This document shows positions 32,801-46,298 of a stretch of 64,000 nt of DNA, one piece after another; position 1 is the stretch's first letter, and each line of letters starts with the position of its first letter. The position numbers were made by a program, and so were the translations under genes. Origin of the DNA: Schmidtea nova. Lineage: Eukaryota. The stretch lies in NCBI GenBank assembly GCA_044892505.1, contig CM097883.1, positions 55,366,001 to 55,430,000 of the forward strand, in the 5' to 3' direction. The notes under the pieces are model-generated. The model was not told the DNA's origin and did no database searches. It worked only from the letters and a program-made list of their open reading frames with translations.

Positions 32801-34110
32801 ATACAATGGCACGAGGTGTTTGTTTACAAGGAAGCCTTGTGTTGAAAGCCAAATCAGATATTCTACCGAGTCGACGGAGTCGACGGAGTCCTAAGGGATG
32901 ACAGTGACTTCTTCCAAGATTGGATTTGTAACCTTTGGCAACTGAATTCAAACCTTCGTGAAACAGATGACATTCCGTAGTAGTTGTAGTGACGTGTGTT
33001 AGTTTGAAATAAATGATTTGTGTTGAAACGTCTTGATTGTGAGAAATTGCATGTCTGTGGTTGAATGTCTGCTAAATAGTATTAATGATGATACGACGTG
33101 AATGTGAATGCTACAGGATTGATACGATGTGAATTAGCCATCATAAAAGGGATATATAAAGGAGAGTGAATTATTAAAACTGAATCTTGCAATAAGTAAA
33201 TCATTTATGTGAATTTGTTTGTAGAATGAATATTCTTGCGAACGATGTTGCTACCGATAAGAGAAGTTAATTAGTCCGCCGAGTGAGATTACTTTAGGCG
33301 AAGATCAAACGACAGGGATCCGAATCAGAAACAATGAAACAAACTTGGTTCCGCCCCGACGCCGTAAAAGAAATATTAAAGACGTAGGATCGTACGCATC
33401 GTGCATTGGACGCACAATCAGTAGAGTTGGCGGCCACTAAGGTCGAATTGAACTGTTGCTTAAAAGCGGTCACGATGAAATTAGTATCTACGCACTTGAA
33501 GGATCAAATACGAGCGAGCACGTTCGACCGATGGATACCACCTAGGAACGTAAGTGCTGCAACTTAGACCGAGAGTATAATTTCGATGACATCGGATGTG
33601 ACGGACAAAGAGGCAAATCAGACAGGGTCAACAAAAAAGCGTAACCGTTTAGGCGCGAAAGACGAGCTTTTGCTGAGAGGATGGGTGTTGAGGTAGATTT
33701 CCTCAGTGGGTTGTCACAGAGGCAACTGATACGAGTTATCAAGCCTAGCTTGTTGTTGGAATGAATAAATGTATAGGTATAAAGACTTGAGTTATTGTTT
33801 TCTGTGATAAGAATGATTGAAGTGAGAATGTGTTTTGTAAGACTGAATGCATGATAGATAACCTAAATAAATTAAATACAGGGGACTTTAAACTCGAATA
33901 AGTAAGGTTTAGGAGTAACTGTATAGCATAAATGAATAAAGGGGACCATAACAAATCCACACAGGCTTTTTATCAGCAGTGGTGAACCATTGGATAAATG
34001 AGGGAATAGTAGCCACAAGGTTGCTCATCTGCCTCATCATTCTACAACGCTAGATACATTACCAACATGACGAGTAATTAGGGACAAGTCATGCGTATCA
34101 GCGGGATGAA
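29870..34110 (-). other. GC-richer, strand-asymmetric, decayed coding-like segments (29870-30530, 31620-34110) of unassigned retroelement or viral origin
   Basis: Composition shifts away from the AT-rich background, and there are overlapping minus-strand ORFs of 264, 107, 86 and 76 aa. No diagnostic motif was recognised. Confidence 0.35.
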
Positions 34111-34375
34111 TGTTTTTATGTTGGTGAGATTTCCTTAATAATAACATCAATAAAAATCTCAGTTTAAAGACTATTCCAATGAACCAGCATTTGTTTATTT
34201 GGTTTTTGTTCAATTGTATTGAAATTAAAAATTTGTTTCTGAAAAAATCTTTAAAAACTGTTAAAATAAAATATTAATTTATTAGTACTGAAATAAAATT
34301 CATTCAGTTTATATTTTTCAAAATAATGTTACCAACTAATTTCTTAAAAGGCGCCACCTATATCTGAAATTATTA

Positions 34376-34818
34376 AATCTCACTCGGTCCGGACACTGTG
34401 AGGATTGACAGATTGATAACTCTTTCTTGATTCAGTGGGTGGTGGTGCATGGCCGTTCTTAGTTGGTGGAGCAATTTACCTGGTTAATTCCGGTAACGAA
34501 CGAGACTCTAACCGGCTAAATAGTATATTTGTGTTCTAACGCAAATGCTGACTTCTTAGAGGAATAAATAGAGTTTAGCTAAATGAAATTGAGCAATAAC
34601 AGGTCTGTGATGCCCTTAGATGTCCGGGGCCGCACGCGTGCTACAATGGCAGTAACAGCAAGTTTAATTCCTAGCTAGAAATGTCCGGGTAACCTGCTAA
34701 ATCACTGTCGTGTCAGGAATAGTGGATTGAAATTATTCTACTTGAACGAAGAATTCCTAGTAAGCTCAAGTCACTAGCTTGCGCTGATTACGTCCCTGTC
34801 CTTTGAACACACCGCCCG
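34376..34818 (+). rRNA. Isolated, mutated fragment of the 3' half of 18S rRNA (rDNA pseudogene)
   Basis: Universal SSU motifs: ggattgacagattga, ggtggtggtgcatggccgttcttagttggtggag, aataacaggtctgtgatgcccttagatgt, gattacgtccctg, acacaccgcccg. Flanks are non-rDNA. Confidence 0.92.
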
Positions 34819-35794
34819 TGTAACGAAAATTGTCACTTTATTTTGTTTGGTGGGGTTTGTTTTAATTTGGATTTTTATTTCACGAGTTGGGATATTTTGT
34901 GCAGTACAAATTGCCTACTGGGATTTTTGAATTCTGATGACAGTTCGTCATTCTCGTCCTTGTGGTTAAAGACAAATGATATAAAAATGTATTCAAGTAA
35001 ACATTTAATAGGTAAAAATTTAATTAAATATTAGTAATGCACATTAAAAGTACATTCGTATGGTGTAAATTGTATGTTTTATTTATATTCAATTTATGGA
35101 ATAATTGAATTGAAAATAATATCAAAGTAAGTTTAAACTAATACTTTTTTTCTGTTTCGTTATGTTTTGTTAATTTGTTTATTTTTCATTAAGCATATAT
35201 TTTTTTATTATTTAGTTTTTTATAATTTTTTTTAATTTTATTTTTTCATTATTTGTGACTATAATAAATATTATAATAATATATATACATTGAATATTTG
35301 AAATATTCAAATTATGTGTTATTTTCTTTATTTCAATTTCGAGATTTTGTCCCGCATATTTTGGTCCCGCATATCTAAATCTCGAAGATGGTATCCCTGC
35401 TACTACTGCATTTTTATAAAATGGAATTAATATACTTAAATAAAACCCACTAGGGGTTTTATTCAAATAAACCCTTTAATGGATGTACTATTCGTTTATA
35501 CCGCTTAGGGGGTCTTTACGGATGAAGACTGTAGCTGTCTGCCATTATTAATAAATAATATAAAATTTCCATAATAATTATCTAAACTATCTAAAAATTG
35601 CTAAATTAGATTTTACTAATATTTATTGATAATTATCTTTATAAAAACATTATAATTAAATTAACATATTTCTTTTTTAAAGTAAAATTCGGTAATCAAG
35701 GCTTTTGTTTTAATATGTCAAATAAATCAGATTATATTAAAATAGAAATTAAATTCTAAAGATTTTTATTTTATTATTCCACACACACATATAT

Positions 35795-38700
35795 ATGTCT
35801 GATATTGTAATCCATATTTTATTATTGGATGGGAAAATATTATGTGTCTATTGTAAAGTACACAAATTATTTGTTTAATAATTTATTTTTTTCATTTCAT
35901 TCCTTAAAGAACATATCAACTAGAATATTAATCAAACATCTATGTAAATATTTAAATCTCCAGCGACCAGAAACAGTTGGATTATTGTACAAAGACTCAA
36001 GGTTTTTGGATGATAATTATTACATAATTATATGAAAACATTTGAGTCTATATTGATAAAAGTTTTTTCAACTTTAGAGGCTCTTTGCAATGGATGGACG
36101 AGTCAGAATGCATTCTAGATCACGATATTGACATAGATCATGAATTTATTCAATTGATTTTTAAAATTAGGTAAATTTTTCACAAAAATAATTAATTCAT
36201 CTATTAGCACTAATTTACTAATAATAATATAATCGATGTGAAAATATTGATTTTAATATTGAAATCAGTAAATTTTATAATTTTTGAGATTATAACAATG
36301 TTGATCTTGTTTGTAAATATGTTAATGAAATTGATGTGTATAATGATGATATGGGAAAATGAGATCTGGTTTAAATCTCGACAAACAGTGCAAGTAATTT
36401 TGTCCAATCAAAATTTAACGCTCAACTAATTATTGAGCTATCATAATTTAAGTAATCGACGAGTTTTTGAATGGCGAATAATATTTCAATTAAAGATTTT
36501 TAATTTTTTTGGTTGTTAGTAATTAACTATAATAATATAAAAGTTAATTTCATATCATATGGGTGCTGTGTTTAAATTTTATTATGCTGGTATCGCATAA
36601 TATCACTGAATTTTGATTAGATAATTATTAGTTAAATTAAAGTTTCTAATGTGATATTCAATGGCATTCACGTTTCGAGCTGGTTTCATTCAGTACCATG
36701 TAAGAAACTCGATTCCACCCGGTATTGATCCCATTGATTTTTTGACCAGGCCCAGCAGAAACTGACACGGTAATGACAAAAGCTAAATAACATAGAAAAA
36801 AGTCTGTCATTATAAATCATATTAAATATCACATTAAGAACTTTATTTTAATTCATAAGTTATCGGAAACCAAAAACAAATTTTTGTAATTATTTAATTT
36901 GTATTGATTTATTATTAATATTATTTTTATTTTTATTGATTTTAATTATCAATATCTAATAAATCCTTATTCAATCTTGGAATATTTATTTTTATGATCC
37001 ATTTCAACAATTCATTCGTTGTAATCAGGGACCCCCTAACCATATGGCTAAATGATATATAGTCCCGGGACGACTGTCTTGTTTTGGCAGCAATTTTACT
37101 TACAATCAAATCATTTTGACAGCTGAAGAATAGCGCAGGTGTCGGTTCGCATGACTGCCTTGCAATTAGATACAGACACTAGCAAGCACGGCATCAACTT
37201 GTCTTTAATGCGAACTGGAAAAATGCATTTGTCTTCAATTTGAACTTAAGTATATATTTCTAAAATTTACCTCTTTGGTCATTTTGAAAATTATAAATGA
37301 ATATACATTTCAAAAGAATGTGGCAGAAATATGTAAAGCATATGTTTGCAAAAAAAGGAAATGAAAATAAATGTTTAGGTTAAGTTACTTGTTTTTTATT
37401 TTTTGTTTATATGTTATTTGAATTTTGTATGAATTTAATATTTTAATTTGTTTATTAGTAATATATTGACATTTTTCAGTTCTGAAATGTAGTGTCGCTT
37501 CCCTTCCCGTGTATTTTCTTTTGAAGAAATGCGCATTATTTTTTAATAGCCCACGGACGTCAAATATTTTAGGACGTATTGTTAATATTTTATTTTTATA
37601 AATTAACAGAAACATAATAGCAGTTCATTTAATATAAAATTTGCTGAGAATTATATAATTATATGAACCGTTTATCCTGTAAGTGGCACAAGTCAGTCTG
37701 TGTGATTCACAGAACATAAATTCAGAACATACAAAAAGACACCGTCCATTATTTGGGAAAAAATATCCAAAATGAAATAATATCTTTAATTTCAAAAAAA
37801 TGTGTGAATGCTATTATCCAGAGGGTAAGTAATGCCAAATATTTTTCCATAATATTGGATTGTACTCCCGACATAAGTCACACTGAACAAACGACTGTAA
37901 TTGTCAGATTTGTCCACAAAAATGAAAGCAACCAGATTACCGCAGAAGAACATTTCTTGGGTTTCGTTGAAATAAATGATTCTACTGGCGAAGGTTTGTT
38001 CAGATGCATAGTTGAAAAGCTAAAAGAATTAGATTTAAATATAAAACATTTACGTGTACAGGGATATGATAATGGTGCTAATATGCGCGGTAAGCATAGC
38101 GGTGTTCAAAGACGTATTTTGAATGAGAATCCACGAGCATTCTTTGTTCCATGTGCGGCTCACACCTTGAATTTAGTGGTCAGTGATGCGGCGAAAGTTA
38201 ATACAGAAACTATAATTTTTTTTGGTATTATACAAGAACTTTACAATATTTTCAGTGCTTCAACAAAACGTTGGGATGTGTTAAAACAATTTAGTAAAAT
38301 TACGCTCAAACCTTTATCGGATACTCGGTGGGAATCAAGAATTGAAGCACTTAGCCCATTAAGAAACAATATTGGAGATTATTTAGATGCTTTACTTGCC
38401 ATATACGATAATGAAAATAATGACAATAATACAAAATCTGAAGCTAAATCTTTAGCAATGAAGCTTGACTACGAATTTATTTGTTCGCTAATAATTTGGT
38501 ACGAGATTTTAAGCAGAATTAATGTTGTGAGCAAAATGTTCCAATCTTCAAGTACCAACCTAAATGAATCAACAAAATGTTTAAATAATTTAATAACTTT
38601 TTTTAAAGAATTCCGATTAGATGACAATTTTAACAATATAATAAAAAAAGCTGTAAATTGGTAGAAGATGTAGATATTTGTCCTCAATTTAAAGAAAATC

Positions 38701-41700
38701 CATTACGACGGCGTAAAAAACGTATGTTTAATTACGAATGTAGTGATGAGAGGCCGAGAGACCCGGAACAGAACTATAAAATTTCATTCTTTCATCCAAT
38801 TGTGGACAGTGCAATTAACTCCTTAATAGAGAGATTCGAAGTTCTGAATAGTCATGCTGAAAAGTTTCAATTTCTTATAAATTTTAATGAAATTTATAAT
38901 TTGGGTGATGAAGTAATGAAAATTAAATGTACCGATTTACAAACTGTATTAACTGATGGTGAAGAAATAGACATAAATTCTTCAGAGTTATATAATGAAC
39001 TGTTTATATTTAAAGATACAATAACGCCACTAAACAATTATGATCCCTTAAATATTTTACAGTATATATATACAAATGATTTATTTGGGATATTTCCAAA
39101 TTTAACAATATCTTTGCGGATACTATTAACTCTACCAGTTTCTGTCGTAAGTGGCGAAAGATCATTTTCTAGACTTAAACTAATTAAGACATATTTGCGA
39201 TCAAGTATTTCTCAAGAGAGATTAGTTGGGTTGGCAATGATTGCAATTGAAAGCGATATCTGCGAAGAAATAAAAATTAATGATATTTTGGATGAATTTG
39301 CTTCGATAAAAGCAAGAAAAATAAAATTTTGAATTCATCGTGCAATTTATTTTATGTATAATTGATATCTGTTAATTACAATTGATAACAAATAAATGTT
39401 TAATTTCAAATAATATACAATAATCAATATAGTTTAATTTGTATTTGAGTTTGTTGATATATTTTTTTATGCAGGGCGCTAAACAGGAACTTGCATCGGG
39501 GTGATAGTACCGCTAGAGCCGGCGCTGTGTGTGAAGCAAATTTTTCTTTTCTTCAATATCTTTATTAAACATTTTTGGATAAAATTTACATTATCTATAA
39601 CTAGAAAACACACAAAAATTGGCTACTAGAGATAATCAATAAATTTAAATTTNNNNNNNNNNNNNNNNNNNNNNNNNNNNNNNNNNNNNNNNNNNNNNNN
39701 NNNNNNNNNNNNNNNNNNNNNNNNNNNNNNNNNNNNNNNNNNNNNNNNNNNNNNNNNNNNNNNNNNNNNNNNNNNNNNNNNNNNNNNCTAAATAAACCGC
39801 TCAAATATTGATATAAGATAAATTTCTGATTGCTTTATATTTTAAACAATTCTTTTACTGTACATAAAATATTCGTTTTGTTTATGTCCAATGGTCAGTT
39901 TGGAAAAATTGGAAAAAACAATTTATCAGGTTTTGTAATTTAGAAAACTACGCAATATGTTTCGATTCCGCTGCCGTATATAATTAATAACGCAAATGCT
40001 TTTTATAATTGGTATTATTGTGTAATAATAGCTATCATTAATTTAAATCAACCGTGTAATTATTTGTTAAAAACATTAAAAACAGTTTTTTTGTTTGGTG
40101 AATTGCAATTACGATAAAAACTATTTTATTTAAATTTATTTAAAAAATAAATAATAATTTCAACTCAAGTCTCAATTATTCATATTTCAAAGGCGTGGTT
40201 TTCGGGATTATTTGAGCCAATGAAATTGAGTTCAGAAGGAGGATTATAGAAATTGATATTTCGTTAAATTACTTAATGAGTTAATATTTTAATTTATCAT
40301 TTTAATTTTTATTAATATTAATTATTAGTATGATTTTTTATTAATTATTATCATTATAATTTTTTAATTTCTTTGGTTGTCGTAATGTGATTTAAAAAAA
40401 TATAATTATATAATTTAAAATTATACTTTCGAAAAGTGGTTGTAACGCATCAAGGCCCCTCTTGTAAAAGGCGCTTAAAAAATTGAATTTTAGTCTCTAT
40501 TTGATATGTAAAAAAAACCATTAAAAAAATTTTTAATTTTTTTAAGGAAAATTATTTTAAATAAAATTTCCTTGAAAAACTACGAGCTCACTAGTTTTCA
40601 AAGTGTTTAAGAATTGTTTAGTTATTTCGCAAAAAAAATCAATTATACATATACAAATTTTCTTTGAAATAGCCTAATATATTCAGTTTAGTTATTTCGG
40701 TATAAAATAATTCTATACGTATTTCCTAAAAGAATTATCTTAAAAGTCTACCAGTTATATTCAGTTTTCAATCTGTTTAATAAGTGCAAAAATATTTCGC
40801 CAATAAAAGAACAACATGATTGTGAGGTGTTTTCAGCTGAAAACTAAATATTTCAATGATTTATTAAAATAATTTGAAATGATAAATAATTTAAATTTAA
40901 TAAGTTTTAAAATAATTGTTATAATTAAATGTGTATTTAAATTTTTATAATTTTCATAATTTGTAATTCTTATTTTTAAAGTTTGTAATTTGAAGAGATG
41001 AAATAAATAATTAAATTTTAATAAATTATAATTTTTATAAATAATTTTAAATTTATACATTTTAAAATTTATAAATTGTGTTGAAAATATTTTGTTCAAG
41101 GCTGAAAATTTGTTTAAAAATTATATAATATTTCATAAAATAAATACTTGGAATTATGACTTCAATTTCTCAATTTGATTTAGAAAATAATAATCTAATA
41201 ATAATATTAAAATTTCTTTGTAAAAAAAGTGTTCAATTACATAAATTTTATTCATTATATATTATGTTACAGAATAATATTGTTTCAATAAAATAAAAAA
41301 TATATATAAAAAAATGAAACCTGTATTTCAGTTGAAGAAGAATTATTAATTTTTTAATGTTTTATTACAAATTTAACATTGCCACTTGAATTACGCTGAG
41401 TCAAAAACAATCAATAAAGTAATACTCCTAGAAAATAGTAGTCTAAAATGAATTTCGCATCTGAGCGCTACTAATGCTAGAGCCGTATCTGATCATAACA
41501 CTTTTCCTCAATGTTTATTAATTTTAATATTTCGATCTGTATAAAGACCCTGATCACTCTAATACAAAATTCTTTCCATTTTACTTTTTCTTGCTTTTCT
41601 TTCTTTCAATTCTGATTTTAATATAAAAATTTTAACAATTTAAAATCTTATTAACATTTCTTATTTTCAGCTTTGATCTTTTCGTTTCTAATTTTAGAAA

Positions 41701-42007
41701 TTTTCTTTTTTTTTAAAGACTAAATTTAAATATTTTTACACGCTTGAAAATGGATGTGCCCTAAATTCGTGTACCTTCTTAAACAAATTTCATTTAGTCT
41801 TTATAGAAAACAAAAATTTAAAATATTCATTAAAAATCTTTTTTATAAAAATAATTTCCAAATATTTTAAAAATTTTAAAATTCCAATAGACAATTTAGC
41901 TTTCGTATTGGAGTGATCAAGAGCTTTTTACAAATAGAAATATTTCATTTAATAAACATTACCGAAAAGGCTTACGATTTTTAATTATGTTTTTATTTTT
42001 ATTATTA

Positions 42008-42039
<32 letters not shown>

Positions 42040-45000
42040 GTCATCATAATTATCTTTCTGTTTCACCTTTGATCTTTTTTTAATATTAATATCAATAATT
42101 CCCATAATGGTAAGACTAGATCAAAATTTCTTTAAATAAGTACAAAATATTTCGGCACAGTTTTTATCAAGTGTGTATTATACACTTTTGATAAAGGCTG
42201 GGCCGAAATATTGTGTACTTATTTAAAAAATTTTTAATCTATAGTCATCCATTATGGGAATTATTGATATTAATTATCATTATTATTATTATTATTATTC
42301 TTATTATTGTTATTGTAATTATTGTTATTATCATTATTATCATTTTTAATTTTTTATAAATTTATTTCTAGGTACATTCCACATCATTTGTGCTATAACG
42401 AATCCAATGTTCATCAATTATTTCTGCTGTCCACCAGATTGCTGAAACAGGTTTGTCATTATGAATAACATAAATATAAATGATAATGTGAATTAATGAT
42501 TAGAACTGGTTCATAACACAGGTAGAAATACACTCACAGTTGATAGCCCTGTATATATTATTCAAATACGGTAGCCAGTTGAAGTAAGTCCACAACAGTG
42601 TAATATGATTATTGTTTTATGCAAATGTTAATGATGGTCATTATAAATTATGCTTTCTTGATGGAGTGTCGGTCAATTACATTATTGCAATGTCTATTAG
42701 AAATTATTAATTTTACCGATAAAGGATGTGCACAGCACATTGTGCATGTCAATAAATCGATTGTGCAAAATGGTGTCATTTTTTGACATTAATTAGGAAA
42801 TTTTCATTTTTTAATTGAATGTTAAAATAAATGAAAGAAAATGTCAGGGTGAAAATGATTAAAGATGATAATGATCATATTATTAACTTATAAATATTTT
42901 CAGACATCTTCAAGGAAAATATTATACAACAAAATTTTTTTCAGATCATTTCCATTGAAGAAAATTGTGTAAATTATGCAAAATTATGAAAAGTTAATTT
43001 ACTCTTAAACATGTGCTTCATGGATAATTTACAGTGAATAATAGATTTTCAATGTCGAGCTCTTAAACTATTTTGTGCACAAATTAATTTTGAATTTTTG
43101 GTAAAAAGAATATTTGAATATTTTTTAAAGTTATATCAATAATTTTCATAATGGTATGACTAGATCAAAATTTGTTTTTTTTGGTTTTTAAGTACACGAC
43201 ATTTCGGTACAGCATTTATTGTGTACACACTCAATACGGTTGATACACACTCGATAAAGATTGAGCCGAAATATCGTGTACTTAGCAACCGAAAAAACAA
43301 ATTTTGATCTATAGTCATACCTTTATGAAAATTATTGATATAAATAAAAAGAGATCAAAGGTGAAATGAAAAGATAATTATTATTTTTTAAAGTGAAAAT
43401 TTAGAGCTTATATGTAATAAAATTGAAAATTTTATATACTTTAAATGTCAGCGGCGCAATCATATTGAATCTTAGGATCTTGCCATTGTTCCACACAAGT
43501 GCGTACAAAAGGTAATGTATGCTTTCAAATGAATATCACATCAATTATTTCTATACTCAAATTTATGTTCAATTTTCCATTATTTTTAAGTAAATTATTT
43601 TAAACTTTTGATTTTAATTTCTATTTTATTCCTTTTTCGAAAGATTATTTTTTCTCTTTCGTTCGTAGTCTTCATATCTGCAATCTTATTCAGAATTTAT
43701 TGGTAACTAACTAAGAAAGAAACACAACACAAAAAATTGAAATAACTTTTTTTGAACTACATCAAATACTAGTTCAAAAAACACATTTAATTATTTTTCT
43801 CTATAACGACGATTTGCAGCAATCAGCTTATTCCATCGAATAACCAAGTCTTGAAATGCATCAGCAAAAAGTGTCCAAGAAACTGTGCAAACCACTGTTC
43901 AACAAATTGCTGGAGTGCATCTGTTGTCTTAAAATGATGACTAGGTAATGCTTTCTTCAGGTGCTTGAACAAAAAGAAGTTTCTCGGAGTAAGGTCTGGG
44001 CTGTAAGGTGGGTGTTAGAGAAGTCTAAAAGCATTCTTTTCTGTTGAACATCGTGAACATTGCTTACATGGACAGGAGCGTTATCAACAAGGAACCAAAG
44101 TGGAATATTTATTGATTTCCGTTTCTTTGCACAGAATTCCTCAACCAATTTAGCATAGTATTGATCATTTATTGTTTGTCCATTAGGCAAGAAGTCTAGG
44201 TGAATGACTCCACTTCTGTCCCAAAACACTGAGAGCATCAGTTGTTTTCGATGTGAGGTGTCACTTCTCATCTTCAGAGGAGGTTTCTCTTCTACATGTC
44301 TTCATTCAGATGATTCCCGTTTGGTTTCAGGTACATTAAATGAAAAAGGTGTCTCGTCCTCAGTAACAATATTATTAATTGCGCATTTCCTTCATGTCAG
44401 GAGACAGAAACTTTGGAACAAATCCTGAGCATAATTTACGATAGCCTAATTTTAAATGATGTTGTGACAACTGCCAACACTTATTTTAAGTAATTCTGCA
44501 ATTTAACCCACCTTAATTCATCTTTCAGCTCAAACAATCGCCTCAAATTGCGTAATTTTTTGATCGGAAATTTCTGTGGGTCTGCCAACATTAGAATAAT
44601 CCTGGTGCCCACTTTCATGGCCATGCTTGAATAATGATATCCAACGATATATTGTGGATCTAGAAGGACATTTGTTGCCATATGCAATTGCCATATCACG
44701 AAATATTTCCTCAGACGACTTTTTTAAAAGCACATAGAATTTTATCACACTTCTGAATTCCGCCTCATCCATTTGACAAAAAATGAAATGTGAGTTGTTT
44801 ATGAATTATACTTACGTACTTCAGCCAATAAGATTATATAATTTATGCAAATAAACAAACATACGTGTAGGTGTTAAAACCAATTGCTTTGATTGGTTTA
44901 TCATGTTTCTTTCTTAGTCAGTCCTAGGCATTATTGATATAAATATATATGCAATAAAATAGTTTTACTGCACACACTAGAGGTTAACTTTTTTCTAGAA

Positions 45001-46236
45001 TAACTCCAAAGACATCGACTTCACAAATACACTTTTTTTAAATCGTATTTTTACTAATAACAAACATTTAGATGAAACGATAAAGCTTATAATGGTTAAG
45101 TTTTAAAAATAATTATGACATTTATAACCGTTATTTACGGCAACGGGTTAGTATTTTCTTAGTTGCATTTATATAGGTTTCGATAACCTATATGTTCCTT
45201 TGGTATTAAATGGTGCTATTATTGACATCTTTTATTTTTATCTTTGATATTTTGGTTTTTATTTCAAAAATTTTCATTTATTTTATTAAGCTTATAGATT
45301 AAAAAATTTTAAATAATATGTAGACGAATTTTTTACATATATTTTTAATTGTCTTTAAAATAAATACATCAAAATTATCAATAATATTATTATTATTTAT
45401 ATCTTTTTTTTACATTTCTACTCTTTTCAATTTTAGAGTATTTTAGACACGGACCACATCAATAAGCGTTTTTGCGTAATATATCATATGATTATTTATT
45501 AATCATATGATTTACTCCTTAATTCTAAATTAAAGATCAACAATCATTTTTAATCTTTAAATTTATCTTTAATTTAGAATCATCCTGTGACAGTAACACA
45601 TAAATCTTTGTTTGAAAAACTAAATTTTTTTGCGTTCTAGAAGTGCGATTTTGCGAAATATACACGTACCTAAAGGGTTAAATACTATAGATCAATATTT
45701 TTTTTCTTCGAAAGAATTACTTGAAATAAGCTGTGCCAAAAATTTGTGTGCTATAATAAACAATTTTGATCTAGTCTTTGCATAAAAAATGAGAATTTTT
45801 GAAATAATATTATTATATAATATATTATAAATTAAATAATAAACTAAGATTGGTTGACTCACATTTGTCAGAGGTAGCCAATAAAAATTTATTGGTTTAA
45901 TCTAATTAATAGCAACTTCATTGTCGTGAAATGCTGATGAAATTATAAATATTACCTATATGTAGATATTTTATATACAAGTTGATTTTGTTAAGAATTT
46001 GATTCTGCAATTTGTTTTAGCGAATCAGAAATCGATGATGCAATTCATAGGTGTAACTTGTTAGTGGATGATCCAATTTCCAACACAAATTTGTATTTAT
46101 TTTGTTTTTATTTAGAGTTTCATTAATTGTTATTTACAGGTTGAGTATGATTGTTGATGCTTTCAATAATTACAAATTAAAATTGAATTCTTCGGCAGGT
46201 TTCTTATTCAAGTTAGTAGTTAGCTTTGATTTTTGA

Positions 46237-46298
<62 letters not shown>

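Noticed and set aside
35330-36900. Mitochondrial rRNA/cox insert (NUMT)
   Set aside because: Only short chance resemblances to LSU motifs. The region is better explained by FERM exons, introns and a small inverted repeat (36640-36845).
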